64,000 nucleotides of DNA. Source: Haliotis rubra (taxonomy: Eukaryota). The DNA is taken from the NCBI RefSeq assembly GCF_003918875.1, contig NW_025767106.1, positions 682,001 to 746,000 on the forward strand. Direction: 5' to 3'. Shown here piece by piece: positions 11,747 to 24,579 of the stretch. The stretch's first letter is position 1. Each line of letters starts with the position of its first letter. The translations under genes were made by a program, and so were the position numbers. The notes beneath the pieces were generated by a model that saw only the letters and a list, made by a program, of their open reading frames with translations, ran no database searches and had not been told where the DNA came from.

Positions 11747-14291
11747 AGGTCACATAAACCCTAGGGGGTACAAATACATAAATCTCTAACTGGCATCGTT
11801 ATAAATGAAACCCCGTCATTAAAATTACTCATTTCGACCTTTAATTGACTTAAATCGACCTTTTTGACAACAGTGCACAATTCTCACCCGCGAACGAAAT
11901 TTCAACCAATCAGAGCGGCGCGCCTATGTGACGTCATATGAGGAATAGCTTTGAGGGCCGATGCAGAATTCATCTAAATTTTAGGGTTAAATTATCTTGT
12001 TTAAAGGCTTGTATAAACCTGAAATCGTGACAATTATTGTGGAAAATAAAAGCTATATGTTCTCACAATCTACTGTCATTTAATTTTGTCTCATGCTTTG
12101 CCTAGTTTCCGAGTTACAACTTGTTTTCATAGACGATTCTGTCAAAATCGATTGGTGTCGTTAGGCCCTATTTGTATAATGACTGATCCAAATCGATCCC
12201 ATTTCTGTGTTTTTTTTAAATCGACATTTAATCATGTCATGTAAAAATCTGTTTGTATTCTCAAAACTGTGTCGGCCCATAAGTTTTCACATGCAATACA
12301 GCAATTAATACTCCCTTGTTGTAACCCGTGTTAGGTGGTATAAACCTACACATGTTATTTGTCATCATTCACTTGATGGTCAGTTAATGAATTTATAACA
12401 GGTATAATTAGTGGTAACACACTTAGATTACCCGACAAAGGTTCCCATTTGGCAATTCTTGTCTCTGGAGTAAATATTCAACATTATAAACATCGATCAG
12501 AGGATTAACCGATAACACGCTGATTGATTAATTACTTTATCTTACACAGCGGAATTGTCAAAAGGTAGCGTTTATGTATGTAGATTTACTAATCTATACT
12601 GAATACACTCTGTCGTGTCGGTGTCTGCGTAAAAACAACGTCCTTCTTTCAAAGGATTAACCGGCAATACATTGATTGATTGCCCATTATTGGCTAACTA
12701 AATTACTGTTTTTAAAGAAAGGCGGACATTATGCAATTAGTTGCCAGGTGTGCTATCTTGGGTAACCAATGAGACTACACACCAATACCTGAAAAGATTT
12801 ATCACTTTTTCGTATATTAAACTGTTAAAAGACACATCATTTGGAACAGTTTTGTGGATATTGATGGATACATTCCTCGAACAAGGTAATGGCCTGATAT
12901 TGTTCCTATAACTTTAATCTGTTTTAATTTTAATATTTGCATTTTGATTTTATTCATTTGTCGTAGCATTCAACAGAATCATTGTTTTCGCCGTGAAGTG
13001 TAAAGAGTTAGACAACATGCACTAGGGTGTGTGTGTGCGAATTATGATTCACATTGGCAACAATAAAATGTCTAGATATTACAGTTCTGTTATAAATTCA
13101 CTATAAGTATCAGCAGATCGTCTGCTTTTTATTTAGTTTCAAAATCATACAAGTATGATAATTTACTAATTAGGATTATAAGACCAAATATAAAGACGCA
13201 CATTGACTAGTATCTACATACTGGTGAGTGGACATTAACCATGGGAATGTAGCAAGAAATTTATCGCGCAGTATTGTGATTTCGCCCCCCACCTCGCTTC
13301 TGTGGAAGAAATCGTAATGTTATAAATTGTGTCATGCAAAATCTCTTTGGTTATGATTCCAATACATATTTAACTACGAGTAGAAAGTAGTCTTGATTAT
13401 CTAACTTGATCAAAACAAACTATAATCTCATTAATTCTAACAGATTTTTTAATTTTTTAAGAATGGCGGCGCCCTGTCAGGAACATCCGCCAGTCTGAGG
13501 ATAAATGCTATTTAGGTTTGTTTTCACCGAGTTACAAAATCAAAACTACTTTCTACTGGTAGTAAAATATGTATTTTATTGATGGCCAATAGGATTTTGC
13601 ATGACATAGCGTATATCATAACAATTTCTCTCGTGGCAGCGAGGTGGGTGTCAATATAATACTACATTTACAATATTATTGTTACTTCGACCACAACCTC
13701 ACTTCCGAGGAAGAAATCGTTATGTTACAAGTTGTGTCATAGAAAATCTTTATGGTCATCAATCATATGCATATTTTACAACAACTAGTAAGTAGTTTTG
13801 ATTCTTTAACTTCAGTGAAGCGATCTGAACACAAGTAAGATACCGTTTCAGGCTTCCACAACGCTCGCTTCGCACTCACAAACATAACCGATTTAGCACG
13901 AACTGCGGGGTCCTGTGGAAATCTGTGCATGGGGACACCATCGCCCGACCCCTAGGAGCAATTGACGACAAAGCAACGATTCGGCATGTCATCGTTGATG
14001 TCGAGAAATCATCAAAATGATGAGCGTGCTACACATTTTCTATACAACTAACTGAAAATCGTTCCTCATATGACGTCACTGCAGTGCTCTGGCGACAGAG
14101 TTACGTAACCTGTCTGTGGTTTCGTTGGCGGGCGAGAGGGAAGCAGGCGACTTTTTGGCCACTTTTAATCGCTCGGTATTAATTAACCACAAATTTTTAA
14201 AGAATAAATTTGGTGTTCCGCATAAGACTAACCACAAATCTTTCATATGTAATGGTTAAAAGAGTAACAAAAAACAAAGTTTAGTGGTTCT
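11747..14291. mobile_element. Non-autonomous DNA transposon with TTAA TSD (Kolobok-like)
   Basis: TTAA at 11743-11746 and 14292-14295. AG...CT termini with imperfect TIRs, plus subterminal inverted repeats (GTGACGTCATATGAGGAA; TCTCRCCCGCSAACGAAA). The empty site is visible in the homologous introns of B and C. No transposase ORF seen. Confidence 0.72.
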
Positions 14292-15111
14292 TTAAGAACT
14301 TTCAGTCCGTCCATTTATATTTGGATTGTTCAACGTTCAACTCGGTAATAGTCCAAATAAGTCTGGGATACGATAACAAAGGGCTAACCACCCGATACCT
14401 ATAGCCGTCCATCATGACAAGATAGTAGCGATCGCTCGGGAACCCTTGTCTTACTGGTAATTCACACGGATTTGCTTGATGTATGTATATGAAGAAAATA
14501 TCAAATGAGTGAGTGAGTTAAAATTTAAAGTCACATCGGCAGTATTTCAACCATATCGTGACTAAGAAAGTTGTAAGTTTATAAATGAATAAAAGAAGAG
14601 AGAATATACTTATCTGTCTGCAAAAGGCAGTAAAACAACTAGATTATCTCTCAAATAAATTTAAAACTAGTAATTAAATCTAAAATACTTTAAATATAAA
14701 TGACAAGACAATATAAACAGGCTATAGATCGCCAACAATTGAAGGTAGATCACCATACTAGGGACCATGGGGAAGAAAATATCAAAGAAGACATTTACTA
14801 CTATAACTTCTGTATTAAGATGAACACGATGTTTCGGAGGGCATACTACATCGGACCTCCTACATAGGGAAGCTAGGAAGAACGGATACTAGTATATTTA
14901 TAGATGTACATATCAGAACAACAAAAGTGATCAGACAACGAGGTGGATTCTTATCAAATCCTCAGTAATTAATTGTAGTTGGTTTGTAATAGCAGAGAAC
15001 ATGAGGAAGTCCGGAGTAAATCCAGGCGTATTGACTGTAAATGATAGCCTTACAAAGTTTTGATAGTATTTTTCTGCACTTGTAAACATTTTCAGTTTTT
15101 GAAAAATAATA

Positions 15112-16650
15112 TGCTCTCCCCAAAAAGAAACGCATCATGAAAATAGCAATTTCATGTAGCAATGAATTGAAACGTCATTCATTTTACAAAAGGTTTTGCT
15201 CTGTTTATGAGTCCCATGGTGTTTATGTTTTGAATCATCACAACAAAACGCACCATCCGTAAAATACCCGTATTTAACAGCATGATTGTCAATTTCGGCG
15301 TGTAGTGTCACAGAATACACAATTCACATGCAATGCACGTGGAAGTTAGGGATCAGATATTCTCAATGATGGGTATAAAAGGTTGATCACTGTCTGTCGA
15401 TTATTCACTGTATTTGGAATATTGTTGACGAACGCAAAATGTCACGTCTAAGTGAAGCCAACCGTCATATCGCCATTGGTTTGCTTGAAGCTGGCCAGTC
15501 TCAACGTGCAGTTGCCCGACGCATGAATGTTCACCAAAGCACCATTTCACGGCTCTGGGAGAGATATCGCCGGCAGAATGCAGCAGCAGATGCCCCTCGT
15601 AGTGGGCGACCTCGAGCGACCACTGCGGTGCAGGATCGCTACATCCGGGTACATCACCTGCGTCATCGAACAGCTACGGCGACCAGTAACGCTCGACAAA
15701 TACCCGGATTGAGGACGCTTTCTGCACAGAATGCCAGGAACAGGTTGGGAGAGGCCGGTTTACGTGCCAGAAGACCTTATTTTTGCCCTGTGCTTCGACA
15801 ACAACATCGTCGACATCGAGTTCAATGGTGCACCAACGTTCAGGTCTGAAACCAACCGAATTGGCGTAGAATCTGGTTCAGTGATGAATCACGATTTCTA
15901 TTGGAACGACGCGATGGAAGAATGCGGGTGTACAGACGTCGACGTGAACGTTTCGCCGACGCTTGCGTTCCCAAAGTGAACAGATTCGGCCGAGGCAGTG
16001 ATATGATGTGGGGAGCGATCACCTGCCGTAGGTGAAGTGATTTGGTGATGATCCAGGCGACCTGACAGCTCAACGGTACTGTGACAAAATCCTACGCCCA
16101 CTCCTCCTTCCAATCATTGATCGCAAGAGGGAGTTGTTTCAACAGGACAATGGATATGCCAGGCCCCACACAGCACGTCACACTAGAGACTTCCTCCAGA
16201 ACCAAAACATCAATGTGCTCCCCTGGCCCTCCAGATCACCGGACTTAAACCCAATCGAACATCTGTGGGATGCCCTGGACAGACGGGTGCGACGTCGTTA
16301 CCCTAGCCTCAGCCCCAGACACTTCAGCAACTCGCACAGGCACTACAGGCAGAGTGGGCTGCGATTGGGTAACACGAAATTCTGAGACTTATTCGTTCGA
16401 TGCCGAGGCGATGCCGTGCAGTTCTGGATGCCAACGTTGGTAACACGAGGTATTGACTTCAGCGCCACCACACGTCTCTATGTGACACTCAAACTGACTT
16501 TCCTCGAGTTGGTGCCAAAGACGGATAAGTCTGCATTCCCAGTGTGCAATTTCGATATATTTCATTGACTAATAAAGCCTACAAGATGTTTCAAAATAAA
16601 CATATAAATACAGTTTAAATTCCTATATGCGTTTCTTTTTTGGGAGAGTA
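15112..16650 (+). mobile_element. Tc1/mariner DNA transposon, full-length, defective DD34E transposase (15439-16456)
   Basis: TIRs (T)GCTCTCCCCAAAAAGAAACGCAT / ATGCGTTTCTTTTTTGGGAGAGTA with TA flanks. HTH N-terminus, PRSGRP, FSDESRF, FQQDN, WPSRSPDLNPIEHLWD, GNTRY*. Internal stops and frameshifts. Confidence 0.93.
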
Positions 16651-19600
16651 TATTAATTTCTGGAATCTCCAAAAGTATAAACATTTTACACCAATGGTTT
16701 GACATAAATGACACCTAACATTTGTTTACTATACGGTATACCGTGAACGTACAAACAAACCTGCTACTTAGGAAGAATACCATAATTTCTCAAGGCGCTC
16801 CTATTACAGAAACAAGGAATATGTTGAGGTTAAGGTTCCCCATCAGGTTTTCCACGCGGAATGTAATTCCAAAAAATGCAAAGGACATGCGCATCCTGTT
16901 GGGAACAGTACACATAAAAAATACATTTGGGTTGTATTTATGATCACGGATTAGAAACAATCAGTCACTAAATCTCAACTCACCAAATTACCCGAATAAC
17001 CAGGGATTTCCAGCAAATATTCCAGTGACGATACATGTCAAGAAAGTTGTATTTGTGATCAGATTCCATCACTTTCTTCTCTAGTTCTGAAAGTTTCTTC
17101 ATGAGGATGGCAGTGTTGGTTGGCTTCTCTATGTTGTTGTACCGAGCCATCTGATCTACCACCTTCTCTGCATCCTCCAGCTTACCATGAACTGCAAGCC
17201 ACCGCAACTCTGTGGAAGGTTAAAAGGTGGTGTCGAACAATTCATATCTAGATTCTATTAATGATGAAAGACCACAAATCTAAAAGAAACGAAACAAGAG
17301 AAATTACATGCAGTGATCAATTTGGACAAATCACGGTCTTTACAGAACAATATTTTCGACAAATGCTGATCACACTTTGTGGTTGCATATATATGAACGG
17401 AAACTCACAACCAACAAGCGAAGAAAGGGATATGTAAGGCTGCTAGTATGATATGTTGATCTGACCAGTCCGGACGCAGCCAACAAGACATTGCAAACAG
17501 GGCCGATCCAACTTGCCAGAACGGACATGCAGATGTTATCTGGCGCAAACTCCTTCCTATGAACTCCATTGCATAGGGATAACTAACTCACCACTAAGTT
17601 TGAACCAACCATTGCTCCAATAAGAAACCTGTAAAATGTAGATACCTGTTAGAAGTAATCCAGATTTGCTTCAAGTTCATTGTCACGAAAGACAAGGAAC
17701 CAAATATGTTTTCGGTCAATTATGCAAATATATTTTATTAGCCTACAGTCTACCCTAGTACAATAAACATCTGCCATGACACTGAAAACGCAGCCACAAA
17801 GTTGAATCCTCCGTGTAACAACAGAGCGATGTAATAGCTGCCAGTAACATCAGCGGACTGGCCGCGTAAGAGGGCTCCTACCAAAACACCTCCCATTTGT
17901 ACTGATGTGATGAACACCCGATTCCTGCCCTGTCGCAGACAAAGTCCCACTGAAACAGAATTTTGAATACCACTAAGATCGCAAACTCTTATTGCACATA
18001 TTATGGTTCAACAACATTACGATTAATTTGCACAAGACATAAAGCATTCTCAAAATGCAGATAACTTATAAGACATCCTCATTTATGTATGTATAGAGTA
18101 TAGAACGTCTTCCCGGTCAGATCCCTTGGCTTTGCATACTTGGTGTGGGGGTGTGTGGGGTGTGGGAGTGTGGGGTGTAGGGTTTGGGGGTTAATGGGTT
18201 CTCTCGTCGCACCGGATTCCTTGTTACCCTGGTGTCAAATCCATTTCTGCTGTCACCTGCAGTAATATTGCTGGAATATTGCTAAAATCGGTGTAAAACC
18301 ATACTCACTCACTCGCCACACCTTAATAAGTAGAAAAATTGTGACTGTTATTACTGTCGCTGACCTTTGGTATTAAGAGTATAAACACACATATTGTATA
18401 GTGGCTCTGAATTGGGTATCCATGTTAAACTGGAATCTGAGTTTGCTGGTACTAGTGTGACACAGGTCTTGTACAAATAGCTACACACACGTGCATGTCG
18501 GTTCGTTTTAGCAATACAGGGTATTTAAGCGGATCGTGTGGCTAGGCTCGCTTACTTGTATCCCATTTACGTAGATCGAAGCTCATCATATCATTCACTT
18601 GTTCCTGGTTCAATTATTTGCATATCGCGGTCACTTATAGCTGGACAATTGCTCCGACGTAACATAAGAGACAAACCAGAAGTTATCTTGGACAACACCT
18701 GACACCCAATGTCCTACTAAACACTTCCACAGCTCTTCATACAGCGCAGACCCTGTAGGATTGTGAACTTTCGGAGTTGAAGATGACAATGAAGTCGAGT
18801 TTTGTATTCTATAAATACCATACTTCATAATATTTGGGGAAAATCTCACCTCATTTACAACGGTGTTTTTCTCCTTGCTGTACACAAAAGAGCACGGAGT
18901 GCTGTCGTTGCCAACTGAGCACTGCTTCAATCCTGTGTAATTACTGGCGCCGCTGGTCATTTCGCTTACACACCACCCGAGTTGAGGGATTACCCCAGCG
19001 AAAGACATCATCAACATTCCCCAGGACGTGACCAGTCTTGGTCCCATAAACAGAAATAGTATCAGGAACTGGAACTTGGACATTCCTCCCACTCCATCGA
19101 TGATCTCATCAGAATACATCTTCACAAGTGCTGATCAAACTGGAATAAGATAATCATCTCAAATATAGTATGTATATACCATCATTCATTGTCATGATCC
19201 GTTCTGCTTTTATTTACGATACGCCGAATTCGGTTAAAGTAACAAGTAAGTCTGTGCTACAATAAATTCACAAGCATTTTAAAACATATGAAGAATTATG
19301 CTGGGAAATGAAAATGAAACCAACAGATAAACCAATATATGATCTGTAGCGTGGATCACACGTTCAGCATCGATCCTTATTGTTGGAGAAACACGAGTAC
19401 TTCATATCATTAGAAAAACTTGAAACAGTATATGGGACAGCGATTTGAATGTGCTAGGTCCATTCAATCTTGACGATTCACCCTCGTTTCCATGCGAGTA
19501 TTTCCAGATGACGTCATACAGCATCAATACTTCTGAGGCATTAAACAATAGTGAAGATGAGCAAAAATCGCAGCCTCCAGATGGGAAAGCCTATAAAGTT

Positions 19601-19979
19601 TTTTAAAAAGATTAACTATATTTTCACGGCAATTTAATAATAGAGAGATAAGTGTTGGAATACACGCATAACTTTAAGACGAAGAGCTGCATTACCGGTG
19701 TGTGGCTGTCGTTTGGGAACAGCCTCGAAACGGACTGATGAATCGGGCTTAACAGGACGCCTACTTATGTTACTTGTCCTTTGTAAGGAGCCTGCATATG
19801 TATTTGACATTACGAGCAAGGTGACAAAGAAGTGGGTCGCAATACCGAATCTTGTTTGTCCTTTTTGTTTGTTTCAGCATAAGCATCGTATTATTTGTTG
19901 ACATGTTATAGATATTATGTTTTCAAACATGAGGATGCAAAATTGAACTGTGTTCCCTTCCACTTCATTACGCTTTGGC

Positions 19980-20207
19980 GAGTGAGTGTACTTTTACGCC
20001 GCACTCAGCAATATTCCAGCTATATGGCGGCGGTCTGTAAATAATCCAGTCTGGACCAGACGACTCAGTAATCAACAGCATGAGCATCGATCTGCGCAAT
20101 TGGGATACGATGACACTGCAGCGAGACTGACCACCCAATCCCAATAGTCGCCTCTTACGATAGGCATGGGTTACTGAAGACCAATTCTAACCCGGATCAT
20201 CGCGGGT
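19980..20207 (-). mobile_element. Family M element
   Basis: Full-length; TSD about ATYACGCTTTGG. Confidence 0.85.
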
Positions 20208-20779
20208 CTATCACGCTTTGGTATATCGCTAGATCAGTGTCGAGGAAAATGTTAAGTTAGACTCAGTTGGAGAATACCTTCACTGATATTGGTGACTTTG
20301 GTAGTCATGTTTTAATAAGTTAACAATGACAGTCAATTGAAATTACGTAGATATGGACAGTTAGTATTGTTTAAGTAGATAGCGTGCGAGTGAGTGAAAA
20401 TTTAAAGTCACATCGGCAGTGATTAGAAAAGTTTGCATACATAAGATGTAAGTAGTTAACATATAATCCTGCCATTTAACCGCTGTAAAATAATCAGACT
20501 ATCACAGATGTGACAAGTGACAAGTTTAGTCTGTGATAAGGCCTCATGGCCAAAAGTACATGAAAGTATATAATTTTCAATATCGTATGCGTGACAACTC
20601 AAGTTCGCAGATTTCGTTTGAAGTATATGGACAGAGTTTTTATATGTTCGGGATTGTTAGACGTTAACAACTGATACAACAATATTACCCAATTTTATCA
20701 CAGATGTTATACAAACTATAGAACGTAACCATATTTACAATAACATGTAAAAATGAGCTGTAGTTCGCCAGCAGCTAAA

Positions 20780-23700
20780 GTGAGTGAGTGAATAAGTTAA
20801 GATTTTAAGTCACATCGGCAATATTTCAGCCATATCGTGACTAAAGCAAGTTATACATATAAGTAATTGAAAATTTGTATAAACCTGTCAACGAAGGATT
20901 GTAAAACAACTTGATTATCACAGATTTATATTTAAAACAAGCAATTAAATCTACAATCCTTTAACCATAGAAAACGATACAATATATGTAAAACCAGGTT
21001 GTAGGTTGCAAAACAATTGAAGGTAGATCACAATACTAGGGACCATGGGGACTTACAGTACTTTAGCTACCTGCATGGACCCTAGCTGGATTTACACAAT
21101 CCCTTCAGCCGCTGGCGATTGCAGGGAATTTTGCCGAAATTTAAAAGCACAGAAATACTACGTTTAAAAAACCTGGTAAGTTTAAATTTCCTTTGATGGT
21201 TTTGGGACTTACGTTAGGAGGACAATAAGTTTACAGTACTTTAACTCCCTTTGAGGATTCAGCCACCAGCCTGCCTTGGAAAATTTCCATCTTGTGTAAG
21301 ATGGAGAATCAGATGGATACAGTTCTGATAGAATAGTTGGAAAGTGGCAACTTCCACAGAGGTCACTGTGGACTGACCAATCATGTTCATTGAGGAGGTT
21401 AGAGTCTGCAGAAGACAAATCTAAAGAAGAGTAGGTGCCGGATGCAGATAAGTGTTTGAATAGTTATTGTATATACACAAGTCAAATCTTCCAGTATTTT
21501 ACCTTTAAAGTTAGCGTTTGTACCAGCCCCAGATCGGTTTATGGCCATTGAGATCACTCATTATAATACAGGATTTTGGAAGTTGGTCATAGAGAGCTTG
21601 AAGATCAGACTGGTGGAGTATAACGTATAGACGAAGGCGGAATATACAGAGAGCATAATGTAAAGGTAACGTGAAGACTCACTGCAACGGCTTGGAGATT
21701 AGTTGTGAGTGTTACAGGGCTATGGGTAACATCCTGCTTTACAAGGATTGAAGATCCTCCAGTAGCCCTGTCACCCTTAGGTGAAAAATAATTATATACA
21801 TCGAACTGACGTAAATTATATGTATCTGTCTGCCTCAGATAGGTTTCCAGCATTCTGTGAGCAGGAACTAATATCGGGACTCTGCTAAACATATCAGTTG
21901 ATAACAGGTTGGTAGCTTGTTGTTTTCTGTTACATTCAATTAACAGCGATCCTGAGCGCAAGCGTTTGATGTTTTTTTACTTCACCTGCTATGCCAGAGA
22001 CACAAATTACTCCACCAGATTGGCTAATGAGCCACCGCCGTCTGGGCATAGGACTCTAGGCAAATTACAAAACTGAAATATTTCCAAATTCAAATATATA
22101 CCGCACCACCTGTAAATTTTGAAATATTGTAATAGGATTGTGAGCGTGAATATGAATGTTGGAAATGTTGTTAATAACACAAAAGACAATAAATTGCCCG
22201 AACACATCAGGGAACACATCACACAACAACAAAATTCATGCACAGCACACACGAAAAGCACAAAGTGCATGCGTAAAACATGCTGATCAGGGGCATAAAT
22301 GACAGTCGGCAAAAATTCGTTCTCATTTCAGCTGAACCTCCGCAAGTAAAGTTTATTTTGCAATGCCAAGATTGTCACCGGAGGAACGAGAACGGGCGTT
22401 GGGCATGTTGCAGGTTGGCACATCAAGCAGGATTATTGCCAGACGATTTGGTTGCCATCATTCCACCAGCATAAGACTTGCCAACAGGTACTAACAAACA
22501 GGAAGCACCAGGGACCGCCAACGTCCTGGCCAGGCACGTGTTACCACCCCTCACCAAGATCGAGACATTGTTCGGCGCCATATTCGGCATCGTACGTCGC
22601 CGGCTGCTAGAACTGCCAACGCTGTCCAAGGCCGACGTGGTTTGATCAGTGCTTCCACCGTCCGACGCCGTCTCCGTGCGGCACGATTACGGTGTCGACG
22701 CCCTTATGTTGGACCCATCCTGACTGATAGACATCGCCGTGAACACCGTCGATGGTCCGAACAGCATTGTGTTGTGTTCTCCGACGAGTCACGTTTTCAC
22801 TTGCGAAATGCTGACGGGCGTATACGGATATGGCGTCGACGGGGAGAACGTTACCATCAGGACTGTGTTGTGCAAACAGATCGGTGGGATGGAGACAGCT
22901 TTATGGTGTGGGGGAAACAGTTATCATCACAAAACCGCTCTGGTAGTTTGTCGTGGCAGAGTGAATGCCCTCTACTATCGTGACACCATTCTTCAGGTCA
23001 ACGTCGTTCCCTTTCTTAACCAACATCAAGATCTGCACACATTCCAGCAGGACAATGCTCGAGCACACACTGCACGTGTTGCAACACAGTTTCTGGCAAA
23101 CAACAAAATTCATCTACTTCTATGGCCTGCATTGTCATCAGATTTGTCTCCCATTGAACACTTGTGGGATTACATCGGCCAACGCCTCTCACGTCGCCCA
23201 CAGATCAACAACCTTAGGGAACTTGAGAATGCCTTGCAACAAAAGTTGAAAGCATTGCCTCAAAACATTATTGAGAGACTGATCAGTTCAATTAGGAGAC
23301 GTTGCAAAGCTTGTGTTGCTGCTAACGGTGGTCATACGCGTTACTGACTTCCCAATTTGACTCCATCTTTCTTTCATGGTCAGCTGAATTAAAACTTCAC
23401 AGTTTTGCTGGATTGGTGCTTGTTTCTTTTCTTTACCAATCATTGGACTGAAAACGTATGTACAATTTACACCGATTGCTCATTTATGCTCTTGGAAATC
23501 CAAATTAATACAGTATATAATCATAAGCCAAGTCATCTGACAAAACTAAAACTTGTCTAGCAAAATAAACATACACAGAGCTTGGCATGACCAGCCGATA
23601 GATACAACCGGGCCAATTCTACCATCCGTCTAGGTGAAGTGGTGTGTTGGGAAAAAGGAACACAGTTGTTCCTGGTCCCTTTGCCCTCAACCACCAGACT

Positions 23701-23814
23701 CCCGTCCTCCATCGACACAGGGGGCGCAACCCACGGCAAACAGGTTGCCCACTTCGGTCTTACGACAAGCAATGGGATGCTGTGGACCTATTTGCCCCCG
23801 GGGCCACAAGGGGT
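20780..23814 (-). mobile_element. Internally deleted I/Nimb-like LINE (5' UTR, ORF1 and endonuclease fragments, 3' UTR), split by a Tc1 insertion
   Basis: ORF1-like GIAGEVK..KRLRSGSLLIEC is joined to APE-like ETYL...GGSSILVK...LQAVAV...CSLYIPP (21605-22000). 3' UTR with (CACT)n tail at 20780-21270. GC-richer 5'-UTR-like segment at 23560-23814. Confidence 0.72.
22046..23516 (+). mobile_element. Tc1/mariner DNA transposon, defective transposase (22363-23347), nested in a LINE remnant
   Basis: MPRLSPEERERALGML start, FSDESRF, FQQDNARAHTA, WPALSSDLSPIEHLWD, GGHTRY*. Frameshifts present; left TIR not recognisable, boundaries approximate. Confidence 0.88.
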
Positions 23815-24221
23815 TAAAGAGCAGCATCCCTCCAGCAGCATCCCTCCAGCAGCTGGTGATTAGCCAAGTCTAATATTGAAACCCTGGCAAAACGTGCCCA
23901 GAATGATGTAGTCTTACATACCCCCTACAGTGGCAATTATTGTATACTACTTGCACCCATTTTGAGGATACAGTCACTAACGATCTTAGTTATTCCATTC
24001 ATTTAACCAAATGTGTAATACACCCGAGACCATAGATGACCTGATGGTGTACGTATCCTACCTCTTTAAGTTATGAACTTGAACAAAAAATACTTCACAC
24101 ATGACATTTTTCGATTAATCCATTTCGGGCAAAGCAATAATGGACTTACAGACGAAAATAAGGTGCAGATGAAATAGCGTAGTAAGTGACATAATAAAAA
24201 TGTCATAATTGAATACCAGTA

Positions 24222-24468
24222 ACCCGTGAAGATACGGGTTAGAATTGGTCTTCAGAAAACATGCTTGTCGTAAGAGGCGACTAACGGGATCAGGTGGTCA
24301 GGCTTGCTGACTTGTTTCACAAATGTCGTGGTATCCCAGTTGCATAGATCGATGCTTATTATGCTGATCACTCAACTGTCTGGTTTAGACTCAATTATCT
24401 ACAGACGGACGCCATATAGCTGGAATATTGCTGAGTGCGGCGTAAACAACAAACAAATCAAACAAAAC
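24222..24468 (+). mobile_element. Family M element
   Basis: Full-length, core GTCGTAAGAGGCGACTAA, (AAAC)n tail. Confidence 0.85.
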
Positions 24469-24579
24469 TACCAACTACCATGATCATCCTGAAAACATAC
24501 CTTTAAATTGTGCAGCATGCTTCAGACATCCGAATCCTGATTTCAGCGTATTCATATTACCTAATCGCGTCATATCAGA

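Larger units (their letters stand above)
10706..19119 (-). pseudogene. SLC22-family transporter pseudogene, paralogue A
   Basis: Exons 19119-18850; 17949-17754 (-10 nt: 1-nt deletion plus 9-nt loss of motif A residues); 17628-17409 (+4 nt AACT duplication); 17209-16984 (-14 nt, APES lost); 16895-16761; 11686-11604; 11372-11300; 10894-10706. The 124-nt SSDSIRG...YPTVIR exon is absent. About 4.5 kb of TE insertions lie in one intron. Confidence 0.9.

Noticed and set aside
19720-19750. CGAAAC and CTGATGA close together (hammerhead?)
   Set aside because: Only 3 nt separate the motifs, so stems I and III cannot form.
22739-23347. Active transposase (202-aa ORF)
   Set aside because: Only the C-terminal part is in frame; the upstream sequence is frameshifted. 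None of the three Tc1 copies is intact.
24222-24290. HDV-like ribozyme assignment for the family M 5' motif (P4-like hairpin followed by CTAA)
   Set aside because: No P3/L3/P1.1 arrangement could be built, and the helix order differs from HDV. Kept as an unclassified structure.
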